Part shown: in pieces, positions 28,560 to 39,650 of the stretch
Position numbering within the stretch: the first letter of the stretch is position 1
How the letters are laid out: each line of letters starts with the position of its first letter
The notes under the pieces: generated by a model
Database searches by the model: none
Told to the model about the DNA's origin: nothing
Seen by the model: only the letters and a program-made list of their open reading frames with translations
Program-made: the position numbers and the translations under genes
Assembly: GCA_900752435.1 (NCBI GenBank)
Contig: CAADVD010000016.1
Coordinates: 70,367-134,366 of the forward strand
DNA length: 64,000 nt
Source of the DNA: Oscillospiraceae bacterium
GTDB taxonomy: Bacteria > Bacillota > Clostridia > Oscillospirales > Ruminococcaceae
Direction: 5' to 3'

Positions 28560-29207
28560 TCAATAACCGTATTTGGCCAAAAATTCTCGTGTCAATCCGC
28601 CGTTCGGTTGGGAGACAGCTTTGGGACACAGAAATTTTTCAACATACTTTCCAACAATGTCCGTTTCCAGATTGACGGCATCTCCAATCCGCCGTTCTTT
28701 TAAGGTCGTTTCGCGGACGGTATGCGGAATGGCGGAAATCGAAAAATACGCCGTTTCCACCTTTGCCACCGTTAAACTGATGCCGTCAATCGCAATCGAG
28801 CCTTTCTCGACAATGTATTTCATCACCGATTCCGCCGCCTGGACGGTGTACCAAACGGCATTGTCGTCCTGCTCAATCCGCATAATCTTTCCCATGCCAT
28901 CTACATGGCCGGCCACAATATGACCACCAAAACGTCCGTCAACCGGCATGGCACGCTCCAAATTCACACGACTGCCGGTTTGAAGCAGCGCAAGAGCGGA
29001 ACGGTTCAACGTTTCGTGCATGACATCCGCCGAAAAGCCCTGCTTATGAAACGAAGTGACGGTCAGGCACACCCCATTGACCGCTACACTGTCGCCAATC
29101 TTCAAATCATCCAAAATCTTCTGCGCCTGGATGTGCAGAACGGCGGAATGCGAACCATTCTGAATGCGTTCAATCTTTCCAACTTCCTCAATGATTCCCG
29201 TAAACAT
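28560..29207 (-). CDS. ribE: riboflavin synthase alpha subunit
   Basis: [10 protein letters not shown] duplicated lumazine-binding repeats. Confidence 0.9.
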   Translation of the reverse strand: MFTGIIEEVGKIERIQNGSHSAVLHIQAQKILDDLKIGDSVAVNGVCLTVTSFHKQGFSADVMHETLNRSALALLQTGSRVNLERAMPVDGRFGGHIVAGHVDGMGKIMRIEQDDNAVWYTVQAAESVMKYIVEKGSIAIDGISLTVAKVETAYFSISAIPHTVRETTLKERRIGDAVNLETDIVGKYVEKFLCPKAVSQPNGGLTREFLAKYGY

Positions 29208-30294
29208 CTCCGCACACCTCGCTCTCAATCAAAAAATCTTCTCCCAACGGCAAAATCGTACTATTTTTCAAACGCACCGCATCCGCTGGTTCGGCAAAAC
29301 CCAGTCCGCTGACCGGTGATTTCGCAGTCCGCCCCCCGAATAATTTCGGCGCAACATACGCCTGCACTTTCTGTACAATGCCGCTTTCAAGCGCCGCCCA
29401 GTTGAGTTCCGCACCGCCCTCCAGCAGAATGCTGTCAATGCCAATCGAACCAATCTGTTTCATCAGCTCCTGCAAATCAACACGACCGTTTCGTTTCGGC
29501 AGAGTAAAAACACGGCACCCCGCATTTTGATAGGCCAACTGCCTCTCCTCATCGGTACAGCAAGTGGCCAGTATCGTGGGAACCTCCTTGGCTGTCTGCA
29601 CCAACTGAGCGGAAAGCGGCGTCCGAAGCTGTGTGTCACAAACGATGCGAACCGGGTTCTTACCGCCCTCAATGCGGCAGGTCAACAGTGGATCATCGGC
29701 CAACACCGTTCCGATTCCCACCATAATGGCACTGTATCGGTGCCGCTGCTGATGAACATGCTTCCGAGCCGTTTCCCCCGTAATCCATTGGGAAGCACCA
29801 GTATACGTCGCCATTTTCCCATCCATCGTCATCGCGTATTTCAGCACCACATAAGGGCGCTTAGTCCGAATAAAATGGAAGAACACCTCGTTGAGCTTCC
29901 TGCATTCTTCAGCCAAAACCTGTTCCGTGACGGCTACGCCATGCCGGCGGAGAATCTCAATCCCCTTACCCGAAACCAAGGGATTCGGGTCGCCGGAGCC
30001 AATCACCACACGGGCAATTTTCGCCTCCAAAACCGCTTCCACACAGGGCGGCTGTTTGCCGTGGTGACAGCATGGCTCCAACGTGACATACATCGTCGCA
30101 CCGGCAGGTGATTCCGTACAGGCGGCCAAAGCGTTTCGCTCGGCATGGAGTTCCCCGTATTTTGCATGATACCCCTGCCCAATGATGCGCCCGTTTTTCA
30201 CAATCACCGCTCCTACCATGGGATTGGGCGATACCCAGCCACAGCCCTTTTGGGCAAGCTGTATGGCAAGATTCATGTACTCTGGGTCGCTCAT
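29188..30294 (-). CDS. ribD: bifunctional diaminohydroxyphosphoribosylaminopyrimidine deaminase / 5-amino-6-(5-phosphoribosylamino)uracil reductase
   Basis: CMP/dCMP deaminase zinc motif (HAE...PCxxC) plus a RibD C-terminal reductase domain. Start at the ATG after GGAGGGG. Confidence 0.9.
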   Translation of the reverse strand: MSDPEYMNLAIQLAQKGCGWVSPNPMVGAVIVKNGRIIGQGYHAKYGELHAERNALAACTESPAGATMYVTLEPCCHHGKQPPCVEAVLEAKIARVVIGSGDPNPLVSGKGIEILRRHGVAVTEQVLAEECRKLNEVFFHFIRTKRPYVVLKYAMTMDGKMATYTGASQWITGETARKHVHQQRHRYSAIMVGIGTVLADDPLLTCRIEGGKNPVRIVCDTQLRTPLSAQLVQTAKEVPTILATCCTDEERQLAYQNAGCRVFTLPKRNGRVDLQELMKQIGSIGIDSILLEGGAELNWAALESGIVQKVQAYVAPKLFGGRTAKSPVSGLGFAEPADAVRLKNSTILPLGEDFLIESEVCGDVYGNH

Positions 30295-30310
30295 TTTGTT
30301 CCCCTCCAAA

Positions 30311-30346
30311 AGCAAAAAATGTCTTGAACGAAATCGTTCAAGACAT
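30311..30346 (-). terminator. riboswitch expression-platform terminator (attenuator)
   Basis: GTCTTGAACGATTTCGTTCAAGAC hairpin followed by TTTTTTGC, immediately before the ribD SD. Confidence 0.6.
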
Positions 30347-30575
30347 TGATAAAAGGAACGCCAATACGGCTTTGCTCAAAACACAAAATGGCTCTGAAAT
30401 GATACACATTCCAGAGCCATGATACGCAAACAAATCCATGCAATCCTGCATTCCATCATCTTCTTTCATCCAGACTGTACTGTCGGCTTCGGAGTTTCAC
30501 CGAATCATACCTTGCGGTTCGTGGGCTATACCACCGGTAGGGAATTCCACCCTGCCCTGAAGATTTCGATTCAAT
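30323..30575 (-). ncRNA. FMN riboswitch (RFN element) leader of the rib operon
   Basis: The minus strand contains conserved blocks ...CAGGGCAGGGTGGAATTCCCTACCGG...GGTGAAACTCCGAAGCCGACAGTACAGTCTGGATGAAAGAAGATG..., matching the RFN consensus (GGTGAAATTCC / GCCGACAGT / AGTCTGGATG / GAGAAG). Confidence 0.85.
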
Positions 30576-30581
30576 TGTTTT

Positions 30582-30610
30582 TATTATATCCGTCAAACAC
30601 GGTTTTGTCA
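30582..30610 (-). promoter_or_regulatory. sigma70-type promoter of the rib operon (TTGACA, 17 nt, TATAAT)
   Basis: Seen directly upstream of the riboswitch. Confidence 0.55.
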
Positions 30611-30629
30611 ACACAAAGCCTTTGCACGT

Positions 30630-32866
30630 TTAATTCCCAGTTGCTACGCCAGCCTTGTAGTAACCGCCATTTTTCTGCACAACGCCGCTGTCATCCAAAT
30701 AGCTGAAATCCTTTGGCTCGTAAGTCGCATAAATCTGGCTGAAAATATTATACCAGACGCGCGCCGGTGAATAAACCAAATCGGAATCAATGCTGCTGTT
30801 ATCGTCGTAGCCCATCCAAATAGAAGACACATAATATGGTGTTGCTCCGACGAAGGCCAAGCCCTTGTCTTCACCAGTACCGGTTTTACCAATGACTTCA
30901 ATGCCCAAGCTATCCAAGCTGGCCGCCGTACCAGTCGAGCCAGACTGCGCGATAACGGTGCGAAGCAGACGATTCATAATATAAGCCGTATCGGAATCAA
31001 GCGCTTGATTGCCCGCCGTATCCGCTTCCAAGACAACCTCACCTTTGGAGTCGTACACAATCGTATAGTTTTTCGGATCATGATGTACGCCGTTGTTGCC
31101 GAACATCAGATAACCGGCTGTAAATTCATCCAAATGTACGCCATTGGTCATACTTCCCAATGCCGTTGCATAACCATCGCCTGCATAATCCACGGTACTG
31201 ATGCCGAGATCGTGCTCCATCCATTGCAAAACGGATTCCATTCCCATCTGCATTTCCAATTCAACTGGAATGGTGTTTTTAGACCAGCGCAAAGCATCCA
31301 CAATGGTCACATTGCCGGAATAGCTGTCGTTCCAGTTATTCGGCCAGTTGGCTTTGCCGTCCTTTTTGAGTTCGCCGGTGTCGTCGTCAATACACAATTT
31401 CGCTTCGTCTTTCCGAACCTGATCCCAATAAATCAAATCATTCTGAAGCGCCGGCGCATAGGCGGCCAGCGGTTTCATACAAGAACCGACGTTCAGCATC
31501 CCGCTGAACACTTTACTGTCTCCAAGATAACCGGTCTTTGGCTGACGGCTTCCGACCTGCGCCACCACGTTGCCTTCATAGTCCATGACACAAACTGCCG
31601 CATCCGGCGGATTTTCCGGCATCCAGCTGTTAAACGTATCCGGATTGGTCATAATCGACTCCAACTGATTCTGCAAATCGATGTCAATCTTCGTATAAAT
31701 ACTATAACCGCCGCTCTTGAGCTTGCTGATGGCCGTTTCGTAATCCCAGCCTTCCTGATCGGCCAAGTCCTCGGCCACATCGTGCATGGTGGCGTCTACC
31801 GCCCACGAATAATAACCTTTATCGTCCGTGCCATCGTCCACCGTGCCGTCATGCGGAATCAACGCCGCTTGAATGTCCTCGTTGATGGCTTGGTCGTACT
31901 CTTCCTGCGTGATGTACTCTTCTTCCAACATAGTTTTGAGTACCCAGCTGCGGCGTTCCTTGTTGTCTTCCGGACCATCAATCGGGTTGTAATAGGCTGG
32001 AGACTTGGTGATACAAGCCAAAGACGCCGCTTCGGCAATGGTCAGCTCCTGCGTGCTTTTACCAAAGTAATATTCCGCACCGGCTTCAATTCCGTAGTTG
32101 TTGTAGCCCAGAGAAATATAGTTCATATAAGCGCCCAGAATCTGTTGTTTGGAATAGGTTTTTTCCAAATTGAGCGCCGCCAAAATCTCTTTTACCTTGG
32201 TTGAAGCTTCACGGTTGTAGAAATCCGCATTGATATTTTTAATCAGCTGCTGTGTAATGGTGGAAGCACCGCTGTCAAATCCCAAATCAAGTCCCACATA
32301 TCCCAGCATCATATTGGTAAACGCCGCAAACGTACGCGGCCAGTCCACCCCTTCGTGCTCGAAAAAGCGCTTATCCTCCGCACAGATTACCGCATCCTGC
32401 ACATGTTCCGGAATCTCCGTAATATCCAGCCACTCGCGGTTTCCTTGGTTGGAGATGCTCTGAATGATGACTTCTTGTCCGGCGCTTAACCCGATGATGT
32501 TGGTTGTGTATGTGGTCTGCACATTGTTGAGGTCATAAGTGCTCTCCGAATCGACGTACTTCATGACAAATACCGTCAGCGCCGTCGCGGCGATACAACC
32601 CACAATCACCATCAGCAAAAACAGTGCCGCGATGGTTTTTCCAATAATTCCAAACGTTTTGGTCAAAACACGGACGCCGACCGGACGCTGTTTTTTCTTG
32701 CTTTTTTTGCTCTTTCCGCTCGTTTTGCTTTTGGCACTTTTGCTGCTCGTTTTGGACGTTTGTCCAGATGCAAGGCGCTGCTGTGCCGCTTTTTTCTGTT
32801 CCTCCGCACTGGGCGCTGTCCGGACAACTCGTTTCACCGGTTTTTTCTGGTTGCTGTCGCCCATAA
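30630..32866 (-). CDS. penicillin-binding protein 1A (bifunctional glycosyltransferase/transpeptidase)
   Basis: GT51 motifs (EDKRFFEHEGVD) and transpeptidase motifs (SxxK, SxN, KTG), with a long Lys/Ser-rich cytoplasmic N-tail. Start at ATG 32866 after AAGGAGG. Confidence 0.9.
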
Positions 32867-33269
32867 AATACCTCCTTGTTGTTGACCGCTGTGCATCTTG
32901 GCACAGCACACATACGCACGGTCCTGTTTCCATCCATATGCTTCTGCTTCAATAGACTTGTTCGGAAATCTTACTAAAAGATAAAAAAGTGTAAACTTGA
33001 GAAGGCTTTCGAGCCAATTTAATTGAATCAAAAAAGATTTCCTTCTCTGTCAAAGGCAATCTTCCTATAAGTATAGCACAAACCCCGCAATTTGTTAAGC
33101 AAATCCGGAAAAAAGTCGGGCTTTCACGTATAAAACTCCCATTATCGCCAAGAATAAAAACGTAAGTTTCCACTTTTTTTATAGGATTGTACCAATTCAA
33201 GCTGTCAATATCACACATATTTTTACATAATCTCTGTGGCCATTTCCCAACGGCCGCATTAAGAAAGGT

Positions 33270-33596
33270 GTGTATGGTGTGAAATTCACTCGTACCAATT
33301 TGATTCTAAGCATCACAGCCGCTGTTATCGCACTGCTTGTGTTCTTTTTTTTCGGCTTTTGGTGCGGACAGGCAACCGCTTCTGCAAACGATGTGGCAAC
33401 CGAACAGGAATCACTTCTGCTGAAGGATTACCACGGTCAAGTAGCGTTATTCATTCCGCCGTCCGATACGCCCGAAACCGTCTATGATATCTACTCCCAG
33501 ACCTTGCCAAAGCTGGATCAACAGCGTTTACTGGAAGGAATTCCGCTCAAAGACGAGCAAGAGCTGAAGTTATATCTGAACGATTTTGACAGCTAA
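33270..33596 (+). CDS. hypothetical small membrane-anchored protein
   Basis: GTG start after AAGAAAGG, with an N-terminal transmembrane helix. No confident family. Confidence 0.45.
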   Translation: MYGVKFTRTNLILSITAAVIALLVFFFFGFWCGQATASANDVATEQESLLLKDYHGQVALFIPPSDTPETVYDIYSQTLPKLDQQRLLEGIPLKDEQELKLYLNDFDS

Positions 33597-33754
33597 GGTC
33601 TGCGCGAAACCCCTGTTCTTCCTATCCTTTCCTATTTTCAAACTGATGTACGCTCAGTATATCTGCTGAATATGAAAAAAATAAGAAGAAATTCTTAAGA
33701 ATACCATTAGGATTCCTTAAATCACACAGCGAATAGGCGGTATTAGCTTTCATT

Positions 33755-34606
33755 TCACAATGAAGTTTTTTGCCCATTCAACTGTGCTTGCTGTTTGCGG
33801 TATTCTTTGGGAGAACAATGCATCCACTTTTTAAAAACCTTAGAAAAATAGAGCGGATCTTCATATCCGACGGAGTTGGCCACTTCGCTGACACTTAAGG
33901 AAGTCTGCTCAAGCAGTATGCTTCCCTGCTTTATGCGGTAACGCTCCAAATAGGATTGCGGCGAAGCGCCGGTATACTTCATAAATACGCGGTACAAATG
34001 ACTTCGGCTGATTCCCAAATGCGAAGCGATATCCGCCACTGCAATGCGAGTTCCGTAATTTTCACTGATAAAGTCCACCGATTTTTTACTGTAAACCTGC
34101 AAAATGTCCACTTCCTCCTCCTTTTTCTCAGAGCAGGCAATCAGTACGGATAAAAATAAATACAAATACCCCACCATTGCAATGTGCCGGTAAAACTCTC
34201 CGCCGCTGGAATGATAAATGCTGAGCAAAATTTCTTTCAATTCTTCGCCACGCTGCGTATGAATCACGGCGTGTTCCGGCGAAAAGTCCGTTTTGGCGAT
34301 CAGCGACTTCACATCCACTCCGCCAAACCCCACCCAATAGTACTCCCACGGATCACTTTCATCCGCGACATACGATACCACCTTATTGGGATAAATAATA
34401 AATGTATCGCCCTCATGAATTTCATAAGTATGCTGATCCACGGTATAACGACCCTTGCCGGACACCACATGGTGAATCAAATATCGATTGCGCACCACCG
34501 GCCCCATCGCATACCCGCTCTCGCACTTCTGGTAACCGCAGTTGTATACGTTAATCAAAATATTGTCGTCTTTTTCCGTTTTATAGGAATACTTAAAGCT
34601 GTCCAT
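33755..34606 (-). CDS. AraC-family transcriptional regulator (cupin sensor plus HTH)
   Basis: C-terminal AraC HTH signature. Divergent from galK-galT. Confidence 0.85.
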   Translation of the reverse strand: MDSFKYSYKTEKDDNILINVYNCGYQKCESGYAMGPVVRNRYLIHHVVSGKGRYTVDQHTYEIHEGDTFIIYPNKVVSYVADESDPWEYYWVGFGGVDVKSLIAKTDFSPEHAVIHTQRGEELKEILLSIYHSSGGEFYRHIAMVGYLYLFLSVLIACSEKKEEEVDILQVYSKKSVDFISENYGTRIAVADIASHLGISRSHLYRVFMKYTGASPQSYLERYRIKQGSILLEQTSLSVSEVANSVGYEDPLYFSKVFKKWMHCSPKEYRKQQAQLNGQKTSL

Positions 34607-34812
34607 ATTGCCCTCCGTTTCATCGAATCGGATCCGTTTGCTTTATTATAGCAAAAGCAAAACAACGACACAACATTTTTCCATATTTATAAAACAAATA
34701 GAAATTGACTTTTCCCTTGAAAAAGAATACACTGAAAGCACAATAAATCGGAATAATTGCTAAAAATTCATTTGCAATCGAAAAATAGTTAGACAAAAAA
34801 GGAGTTCTTGCC

Positions 34813-36102
34813 ATGAGCACACTCACTGTTCTCAAACAACAAATTCTTGCCGGAGACTACAATCCTCTGTTTGCAAAATTATACGGCAAACGACAATCGT
34901 ACATATCCGCACAACAAAAGCGCTACCTGCAAGCCATGGATAAATTTTCCGAGCTTTTCCCAAACAGCAAAGAAATTTCTCTCTTTTCCGCACCGGGACG
35001 CACCGAAGTCGGAGGAAACCACACCGATCATCAGCATGGCGCCGTCTTAGCGGCCGCCGTCAATCTGGATGTCATCGCGGTTGTTTCGCTCAACCATTCC
35101 GACACGATCCGTGTGCAGTCCCAAGGTTTTCCAATGGATACCGTCGATCTCGCCGATTTGGGTGTTTGCGAAACAGACAAAGGAACCTCCACCGCCATCA
35201 TTCGCGGCATCGTATCACGCTTTGCGCAGTTGGGCTATGCCGTCGGCGGCTTTGACGCCTACACCACCTCCAACGTCCTCAAAGGCTCCGGTTTGTCCTC
35301 CTCCGCCGCATTTGAAAATCTCATCGGTACGATTCTGAATCACGCGTTCAACGCCGGCCGCATTTCCGCTGTCGAAATCGCCCAAATCAGTCAGTACGCA
35401 GAAGTGCACCATTTTGGAAAAGCCTGCGGTCTGATGGATCAAATGGCCAGCTCTGTCGGCGGCTTTTCTTCCATGGATTTCCGCGACCCCATCCATCCGG
35501 CCATCGAAAAAATTGATTTTAACTTCGCGGACTGCGGCTATGCACTGTGTGTGGTGGATACCAAGGGCAGTCATGCCGACCTCACGCCGGACTATGTCGC
35601 CATCCCCACCGAGATGAAACAAGTTGCCGCGTACTTTGGCAAAGAAGTTCTGCGCGAAGTGGATGAAACAGAATTTTATGCAAACATTGCCGTTTTGCGT
35701 CATTCGGTGTCCGATCGTGCTATTCTGCGCGCCATTCACTTTTTTGCTGAAAACCGCACTGCGCTGGAAGAAGCCGCCGCCCTCAAGCAGGGCAACTTTG
35801 ACGCGTTTTGCCGTCTGGTCAAATCCTCCGGCAATTCCTCGTTTAAATTTCTGCAAAACATCTATTCCAGCGCGCATCCAGCCGAACAGGGCGTGAGTCT
35901 GGGACTGGCGCTCAGCGAACGGATTTTGGGTGAGCGCGGTGCCTGCCGCGTGCATGGCGGCGGCTTTGCGGGCACCATACAAAGCTTCGTGCCGCTCGAT
36001 TTGGTGGAAGTGTACCAACAAGCTATGGAGCAGGTTTTCGACACCGGTTCTTGCTATGTGCTCAACATTCGGCCGCTGGGCGGTGTTGCCGTAGAAGTCT
36101 AA
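34813..36102 (+). CDS. galK: galactokinase (GHMP kinase)
   Basis: GHMP ATP-binding motif GSGLSSSAA and N-terminal GRTEVGGNHTDHQ sugar-kinase motif. Adjacent to galT. Confidence 0.8.
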   Translation: MSTLTVLKQQILAGDYNPLFAKLYGKRQSYISAQQKRYLQAMDKFSELFPNSKEISLFSAPGRTEVGGNHTDHQHGAVLAAAVNLDVIAVVSLNHSDTIRVQSQGFPMDTVDLADLGVCETDKGTSTAIIRGIVSRFAQLGYAVGGFDAYTTSNVLKGSGLSSSAAFENLIGTILNHAFNAGRISAVEIAQISQYAEVHHFGKACGLMDQMASSVGGFSSMDFRDPIHPAIEKIDFNFADCGYALCVVDTKGSHADLTPDYVAIPTEMKQVAAYFGKEVLREVDETEFYANIAVLRHSVSDRAILRAIHFFAENRTALEEAAALKQGNFDAFCRLVKSSGNSSFKFLQNIYSSAHPAEQGVSLGLALSERILGERGACRVHGGGFAGTIQSFVPLDLVEVYQQAMEQVFDTGSCYVLNIRPLGGVAVEV

Positions 36103-36134
36103 ACGCAGTTGAACCGACGGAAAGAGGAAGTGCT

Positions 36135-37637
36135 ATGACAACCGAACAAAACATCAAAGCCTTAGTGCAGTACGGTCTGCATACCGGACTCTTGGAACCG
36201 GCTGATGCAATTTACACCACCAATCGCTTGCTGGAATTGTTTCGGCTTGACGATTACAGTGACCCTGCGCTTCCGGCTGAAGAAGGCACACTGGAAGATA
36301 TTCTGAAAGCGCTCCTTGACGACGCCTATGAACGAGGAATCGCAAAAGAAAACAGCATTGCTTACCGCGATTTACTGGATACCAAAATCATGGGCTTGCT
36401 CACGCCGCGTCCAAGCGAAGTGATACACCGTTTCTATACGCTCTACGAACAGTCTCCCGAGCAGGCCACCGACTATTTTTACAAGCTCTGTCAAGACAGC
36501 GACTATATTCGCCGGTACCGCATCCGCAAGGACATCAAATGGGTAACGCCCAGTCCTTACGGCAACATCGACATCACCATCAATCTTTCCAAGCCGGAAA
36601 AAGACCCCAGGGCCATCGCGGCCGCCAAGCTTGCCAAACCAAGCGGCTATCCAAAATGTCAGCTCTGCAAGGAAAACGAGGGCTATGCCGGACGCGGCAA
36701 CCATCCGGCACGTCAAAATCACCGCATCATTCCCATTACCATTCACGGTTCGGACTGGGGCTTTCAATATTCACCCTATGTGTACTACAACGAACACTGT
36801 ATCGTGTTCAACGGTCAGCACACGCCGATGAAAATCGGGCGCGATACCTTTGTCAAGCTGTTCGATTTCATTAAGCTATTTCCGCATTACTTCATCGGCT
36901 CCAACGCCGACCTGCCGATTGTGGGCGGTTCCATTTTGAGCCATGACCATTTTCAGGGCGGCCGTTATCCGTTTGCCATGGCATCCGCACCGATTGAGGC
37001 GCACTACACCATCGCCGGCTATGAAGATGTGGAAGTCGGCATTGTGCATTGGCCGCTGTCCGTGATTCGCATTCGCTCCACGGATGAACAGCGATTGATT
37101 GCATTGGGCGATCACATTCTAACCCACTGGCGCGCTTACACCGACGAGTCCGCCTTCATCTTTGCCGAAACAGATGGAGAACCGCACAACACCATCACGC
37201 CAATTGCGCGCATGGTGGACAACACGTTTGAGTTGGACTTGGCTCTGCGCAACAACATCACCACAGAGGAATTTCCGCTGGGTGTCTACCATCCTCATGA
37301 AAAGCTCCATCACATCAAAAAAGAAAACATCGGCCTGATTGAAGTGATGGGATTGGCCGTACTGCCTGCCCGTCTGAAAGACGAAATGAACCAACTGGCC
37401 GATTTTATCCTGCACGGAAAAGACCTTCGCACCAACGATGCGCTGGCCAAACACGCGGATTGGGTGGATGAATTTTTGCCGCGTTATCCCAATTTGAACG
37501 CGGACAACATCATGGAGATTCTGCATCAGGAAATCGGCATCGTCTTCACGCAGGTGCTGGAAGATGCTGGTGTGTTTAAGTGTACGCCGGAAGGACGCAA
37601 AGCGTTTGGGCGGTTTTTAAACTCCCTGTCGCGTTAA
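36135..37637 (+). CDS. galT: galactose-1-phosphate uridylyltransferase, class II (Firmicutes type)
   Basis: About 500 aa with the HDHFQGG motif. Start at the ATG after GAGGAAG; the ORF-track N-terminal extension lacks an SD. Confidence 0.85.
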   Translation: MTTEQNIKALVQYGLHTGLLEPADAIYTTNRLLELFRLDDYSDPALPAEEGTLEDILKALLDDAYERGIAKENSIAYRDLLDTKIMGLLTPRPSEVIHRFYTLYEQSPEQATDYFYKLCQDSDYIRRYRIRKDIKWVTPSPYGNIDITINLSKPEKDPRAIAAAKLAKPSGYPKCQLCKENEGYAGRGNHPARQNHRIIPITIHGSDWGFQYSPYVYYNEHCIVFNGQHTPMKIGRDTFVKLFDFIKLFPHYFIGSNADLPIVGGSILSHDHFQGGRYPFAMASAPIEAHYTIAGYEDVEVGIVHWPLSVIRIRSTDEQRLIALGDHILTHWRAYTDESAFIFAETDGEPHNTITPIARMVDNTFELDLALRNNITTEEFPLGVYHPHEKLHHIKKENIGLIEVMGLAVLPARLKDEMNQLADFILHGKDLRTNDALAKHADWVDEFLPRYPNLNADNIMEILHQEIGIVFTQVLEDAGVFKCTPEGRKAFGRFLNSLSR

Positions 37638-37695
37638 TTCGTCCATGAGATTCGGTATCCTGCTGAAAAATACCCTTTCACTATACCCGCAAAAG

Positions 37696-37733
37696 GAAGA
37701 AAAAGTTGCACGCTTTTGTGCAACTTTTTCTTC
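37696..37733. terminator. bidirectional rho-independent terminator after galT
   Basis: Perfect 16-bp stem GAAGAAAAAGTTGCAC / GTGCAACTTTTTCTTC with A- and T-tracts. Confidence 0.6.
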
Positions 37734-37880
37734 ATGATTCAGGAAATGTTTACAATATTCATAAAATAGTCATCATCCTTGTCTGCCCTAAGAAAAAGCC
37801 TTCTTGACCGTTCCGGAAGGAAAGGTTAAAATGAGGTAGAACAATCCATCGACAGACAATTGCAAACAAAGGAGATTTTT

Positions 37881-38246
37881 ATGAACCACGAAAAAGACCC
37901 CATTGAAACCTGCGACACCACCTGCAATCACCGCGATACACTGGACGCCATCGCCAACCAAATGCCGGCGGACGAAATCTTATACGACGTTGCCGAACTG
38001 TTCAAAGTTTTCGGCGACTGCACCCGCATTAAAATTCTCTGCGCGCTGTTTGAAAGCGAATTGTGCGTCTGCGACATCGCCGATGTGCTGGGCATGAGCC
38101 AATCCGCCATCTCCCACCAACTGCGCGTACTCAAGCAAACCCGTCTGGTCAAATACCGTCGAGAAGGCAAAACCGTCTTTTACAGCTTGGCAGACGCGCA
38201 CATTCAAACCATCTTTAATCAAGGCTTGGAGCATGTGCTGGAGTGA
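37881..38246 (+). CDS. ArsR/SmtB-family metal-sensing transcriptional repressor
   Basis: ArsR HTH (CVCDIADVLGMSQSAISHQLRVL) plus an N-terminal Cys cluster (CDTTCNH). Start after AAAGGAG. Confidence 0.85.
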   Translation: MNHEKDPIETCDTTCNHRDTLDAIANQMPADEILYDVAELFKVFGDCTRIKILCALFESELCVCDIADVLGMSQSAISHQLRVLKQTRLVKYRREGKTVFYSLADAHIQTIFNQGLEHVLE

Positions 38247-38248
38247 TC

Positions 38249-39538
38249 CTACAGCAGAGCGGGACGCTCGGCTGGTTGTTCCGTTCCGATGATAAACGCC
38301 TCGTCCAACAGCCGTTGTGCCGGTTTCAGCCGTTCCTCCTCGGAGGTGTACAGTTCTGCAATCACATCACCTGACGATACCGCATCGCTGTAATTTTTAT
38401 GAAGCACAATGCCGGCGCCGTAATCAATGGCATCCTCCTTGCGCTCCCGTCCAGCGCCCAGCACACAGGCCGCCATGCCGCATTTCTGCGTATCGATGCG
38501 GCTGATAAAGCCGGATGCTTTCGCTCGATAGGCCGTACAAATCGGTGACCGAGCCAACCGCTCGGGATGTTCGATGCACCGCACATCACCACCCTGTGCG
38601 CACACCACCTCGCAGAGCTTGCGAAATGCCGAACCATCTTTGATGCTTTGCTGTGCCATCCGGCGGCAATCGGGCAATTCCCCTTTGTCCGCCAGAACCA
38701 GCATCTGGGCGGTCAGTTCGATGCAAAGAGCAGTCAAGCGCGCTTCGCCCCGTCCGCGCAGTACGTCCACGGCTTCGGCTGTTTCCAGCGCATTTCCGAT
38801 GGTTCTCCCCAACGGCATTTCCATATCTGTCAAGACGGCCGCTGTTTTGCGGCCTGCACGCTCGCCAATGGCTTTCATGGTCTCGGCGAGCTTTTTGGCG
38901 TCCGCTTTGGTTTTCATAAACGCGCCGCTTCCTACCTTGACATCCAGCAGAATCGCATCCGCTCCTGCGGCAATTTTCTTGCTCATGATGCTGGCCGCAA
39001 TCAGCGGAATGCTCTCCACCGTACCGGTTACGTCGCGCAAAGCGTAGATGCGCTTATCCGCCGGCGCCAAATTGCCTGTTTGCCCCACCAAGGCAATGCC
39101 GATTTCACGCACTTGCTTCACAAATTCTTCCGTGCTCAGTCCAATTCGGTAACCCGGTATGGACTCCAGCTTATCCGCTGTTCCGCCGGTGTGACCCAGT
39201 CCGCGGCCGGACATTTTTGCCACCGGTACGCCGCATGCCGCAGCCATCGGACCGACAATCAGCGTTGTTTTATCGCCCACGCCGCCGGTGGAATGCTTAT
39301 CTACCTTGATTCCCGGAATGGAGGACAAGTCCAACTGTTCGCCCGACCGCGCCATGCACTGGGTCAACTGCGCCGTTTCCGCTTCGTCAAATCCGTTGAG
39401 AAATCCGGCCATCAACAGCGCCGCCATCTGGTAGTCGGGAATGATTCCTGCCGTGTACCCCTCCACCACAAAGCGAATTTCTTCATCGGACAGTTCCTGT
39501 CCGTTCCGTTTCTTGACAATGCAGTCCGTCATGCGCAT
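38249..39538 (-). CDS. pdp: pyrimidine-nucleoside (thymidine) phosphorylase
   Basis: KHSTGGVGDK motif and the glycosyl-transferase family 3 fold. Confidence 0.9.
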   Translation of the reverse strand: MRMTDCIVKKRNGQELSDEEIRFVVEGYTAGIIPDYQMAALLMAGFLNGFDEAETAQLTQCMARSGEQLDLSSIPGIKVDKHSTGGVGDKTTLIVGPMAAACGVPVAKMSGRGLGHTGGTADKLESIPGYRIGLSTEEFVKQVREIGIALVGQTGNLAPADKRIYALRDVTGTVESIPLIAASIMSKKIAAGADAILLDVKVGSGAFMKTKADAKKLAETMKAIGERAGRKTAAVLTDMEMPLGRTIGNALETAEAVDVLRGRGEARLTALCIELTAQMLVLADKGELPDCRRMAQQSIKDGSAFRKLCEVVCAQGGDVRCIEHPERLARSPICTAYRAKASGFISRIDTQKCGMAACVLGAGRERKEDAIDYGAGIVLHKNYSDAVSSGDVIAELYTSEEERLKPAQRLLDEAFIIGTEQPAERPALL

Positions 39539-39650
39539 CTGGATTCCCTCTTTCCGTTTTCTTTATCACCAAATTACTCCAAACGAGGGCAATCAATTCC
39601 TCTCGTATGCCTAACGATCATGAAAAAAGTGTCTCACATAAACTGGAATT

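Noticed and set aside
31005-32204. 399-aa plus-strand ORF
   Set aside because: Antisense to PBP1A. No start context.
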